DNA of 64,000 nucleotides, taken from contig CALVYF010000002.1 in the NCBI GenBank assembly GCA_944372055.1, forward strand, positions 43,628-107,627, read 5' to 3'. Below are positions 62,332-64,000 of the stretch, in pieces. Under the pieces are notes generated by a model. The model had not been told where the DNA came from. It worked only from the letters and a program-made list of their open reading frames with translations, and searched no databases. Within the stretch, counting starts at the first letter, position 1. The number at the start of each line of letters is the position of its first letter. The translations under genes were made by a program, and so were the position numbers. This DNA comes from an uncultured Bacilli bacterium. Lineage in GTDB: Bacteria > Bacillota_I > Bacilli_A > RF39 > UBA660.

Positions 62332-64000
62332 TTATACCTCCTTATTTTCTAATATTAATTCTTCATATTGATTTAGTAACTGAGAAAAATATTGAAATCC
62401 ATCTTCAAACACTTCTTTTTTAGAAAAATCAATTCCTATAATTTTTAAACTATCTAGTGTTGGCATACTACCACCTATCGTTAAAAATTTTAAATATTTT
62501 TCTAACATATTATGTCTGCGATTTATAATATCTGTTGCTATTTTCAAGGCAATAAGTAGACCTGTTGCATATTGAAAATTATAATATCGATACTGTTCAT
62601 AAAATAAATGTAATCTAGTTTGCCACTTATACTTTTCATTTTTACTTATCTCTACCTCAGGAAAATATTTTTTCTGTAAATCATAAAATAATTTGTTAAT
62701 ATCATCCGTACTAAGTGTCTCCTTATTTTCAATTTTTTGATATAGATCTTCATTAAATTCAAAATACATAACCTGCTCGAAGACAGATTGAATAAAAGTA
62801 GACACTTGTTCTTCTAATAAATATAACTTTTCATTCTTAGATTTGGCATGAGTAATTAAATAATGTCCCAAAATAAGTTCATTTGTCTTTGACGCTATCT
62901 CTGATAAGAAAACAGAAAAATGAAAATCCTGAAACGGATGATTTTTTTTAATCATATACCCATTAACGGCATGACCAAGTTCATGAGCAACCACAAAAAC
63001 ATTACGAAAAGTATCTGTATAATTCATCAAAATCATAGGTTTCGTATAATTTCTCCAGTGATAACTTCCTGTAAATTTACCTTTTTTTGGATAAACATCG
63101 ATAACTCCATCTTGTAATACTTGATCTAATACATAAAGATAGTCTTTTCCTAAAATAGATAAAGCTTCCTTTACAATAGTAAGACTTTCACTAAATGATA
63201 AATTTCTCTGATATTGATGACTACTAACCAGATCATAAGAATAAAGCTTATCTTTATTAATTTCCTTCTTTTTTAGGGAATAATACCGTTTAAGAACTGG
63301 TAGATAAAAATTAGTAGACTGTTTCAGATTAGTAATAATATCAACACTTAAATCATCCTCATTAAGTACTTGTTCTAAAACAGAAGTATACCCTTTTTCC
63401 CTCGCAATACTATAACATAATTGAAGACGAAGTTCTAATAAATTAGAAATACTTTTATTTACAGTACCAAAACTTTCCATATAAGCATCTAACATCTTAT
63501 GTCTAGTACTAGTAGATACAACCGAAAAAAACTTTCCATAGTTGCTGGAATTCATAGGTACCATGTTTCCATGAATATTAACACACTGATATTCTAACTC
63601 AGAATTTTGAATAATAGAATATAAATTATTAATTTTAGGAATTAACAAAGTATTTTGTTCAATCAAACTATTAGTAATATTATGCTTTTTTAATCTTAAA
63701 ACTTCATATAAATGCATTTTATAGTTAACTAATCTACTATCCTGTTTTAAAAAATCATCAACAACATCACCATTAGACAAAATGATTCGATTAATAGATT
63801 GTAAAAAATTATCTAACAATCCTTGAACCATATTAATATCATTTCTATAAGCAATATAAGTTTGATTAGAAATATCTAAATCACTTTTTAAAGTAACATA
63901 AGTAAAAAGTTTTTCAACTCGATATGACAAATCATAATATGTTTTTAAACAATCATATAAAGAATCTTTTTCATTATTATTACTTACTAAAGAAAGTTCA
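62332..64000 (-). CDS. pepF: Oligoendopeptidase F (M3B), 5' end beyond the window
   Basis: HELGHAV zinc motif. The frame remains open upstream of the track start (a TTG at 63930) up to position 64000 (ELSLVSNNNEKDSLYDCLKTYYDLSYRVEK). Confidence 0.8.
   Translation of the reverse strand, partial: ELSLVSNNNEKDSLYDCLKTYYDLSYRVEKLFTYVTLKSDLDISNQTYIAYRNDINMVQGLLDNFLQSINRIILSNGDVVDDFLKQDSRLVNYKMHLYEVLRLKKHNITNSLIEQNTLLIPKINNLYSIIQNSELEYQCVNIHGNMVPMNSSNYGKFFSVVSTSTRHKMLDAYMESFGTVNKSISNLLELRLQLCYSIAREKGYTSVLEQVLNEDDLSVDIITNLKQSTNFYLPVLKRYYSLKKKEINKDKLYSYDLVSSHQYQRNLSFSESLTIVKEALSILGKDYLYVLDQVLQDGVIDVYPKKGKFTGSYHWRNYTKPMILMNYTDTFRNVFVVAHELGHAVNGYMIKKNHPFQDFHFSVFLSEIASKTNELILGHYLITHAKSKNEKLYLLEEQVSTFIQSVFEQVMYFEFNEDLYQKIENKETLSTDDINKLFYDLQKKYFPEVEISKNEKYKWQTRLHLFYEQYRYYNFQYATGLLIALKIATDIINRRHNMLEKYLKFLTIGGSMPTLDSLKIIGIDFSKKEVFEDGFQYFSQLLNQYEELILENKEV

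Overview
This is a 64-kb, very AT-rich chromosomal segment (by eye well below 35% GC; not computed). It looks like a low-GC, spore-forming member of the Bacillota, Clostridia- or Erysipelotrichia-like. The evidence is a GerA-family germinant receptor, a BclA-like collagen exosporium protein, strong GGAGG-type RBSs and standard code 11 with TGA used as a stop. Almost all genes are on the minus strand.

Content, left to right:
1. Housekeeping genes: mutS 5' part, a short Y-family polymerase with a candidate LexA box, murC, queH, zupT, an rlmD-like gene and gerA.
2. An accessory island of about 11 kb (about 15.0-26.2 kb) that abuts tRNA-Thr and tRNA-Arg. It encodes an XRE regulator, a holin plus M23-lysin lysis cassette, a phage tail-fibre-like protein translationally coupled to a 2082-aa RHS/YD polymorphic toxin with no recognisable signal peptide, and a candidate membrane immunity protein. 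No phage structural or integration genes are present. This is my best candidate for a novel system: lysis-cassette (type-10-like) release of an RHS toxin. A shared palindromic element lies upstream of both operons.
3. Lipid genes (plsC, acyl-CoA ligase, plsC), then murI and uvsE.
4. A 14-kb NAD salvage and recycling supercluster: nadK, nrtR, pncC, an ADP-ribosylglycohydrolase, nadR, pnuC, nadD, prs, nadE, a Nudix gene, pncB and pncA. It carries repeated TTATTAA-N7-TTAATAA operators that overlap consensus sigma-A promoters. An unexplained radical-SAM gene plus a Cys/His/Tyr-rich 128-aa protein pair is embedded in it.
5. Assorted hydrolases and acetyltransferases, including a GNAT/M20 operon preceded by a leader with an HHHH mini-ORF and alternative hairpins.
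6. A collagen-like exosporium gene, a MerR gene and a pepF 3' part.

At least nine genes are interrupted. Several breaks sit in A/T homopolymers, so assembly quality versus genuine gene decay needs checking. No rRNA, CRISPR array, transposase or integrase was seen.
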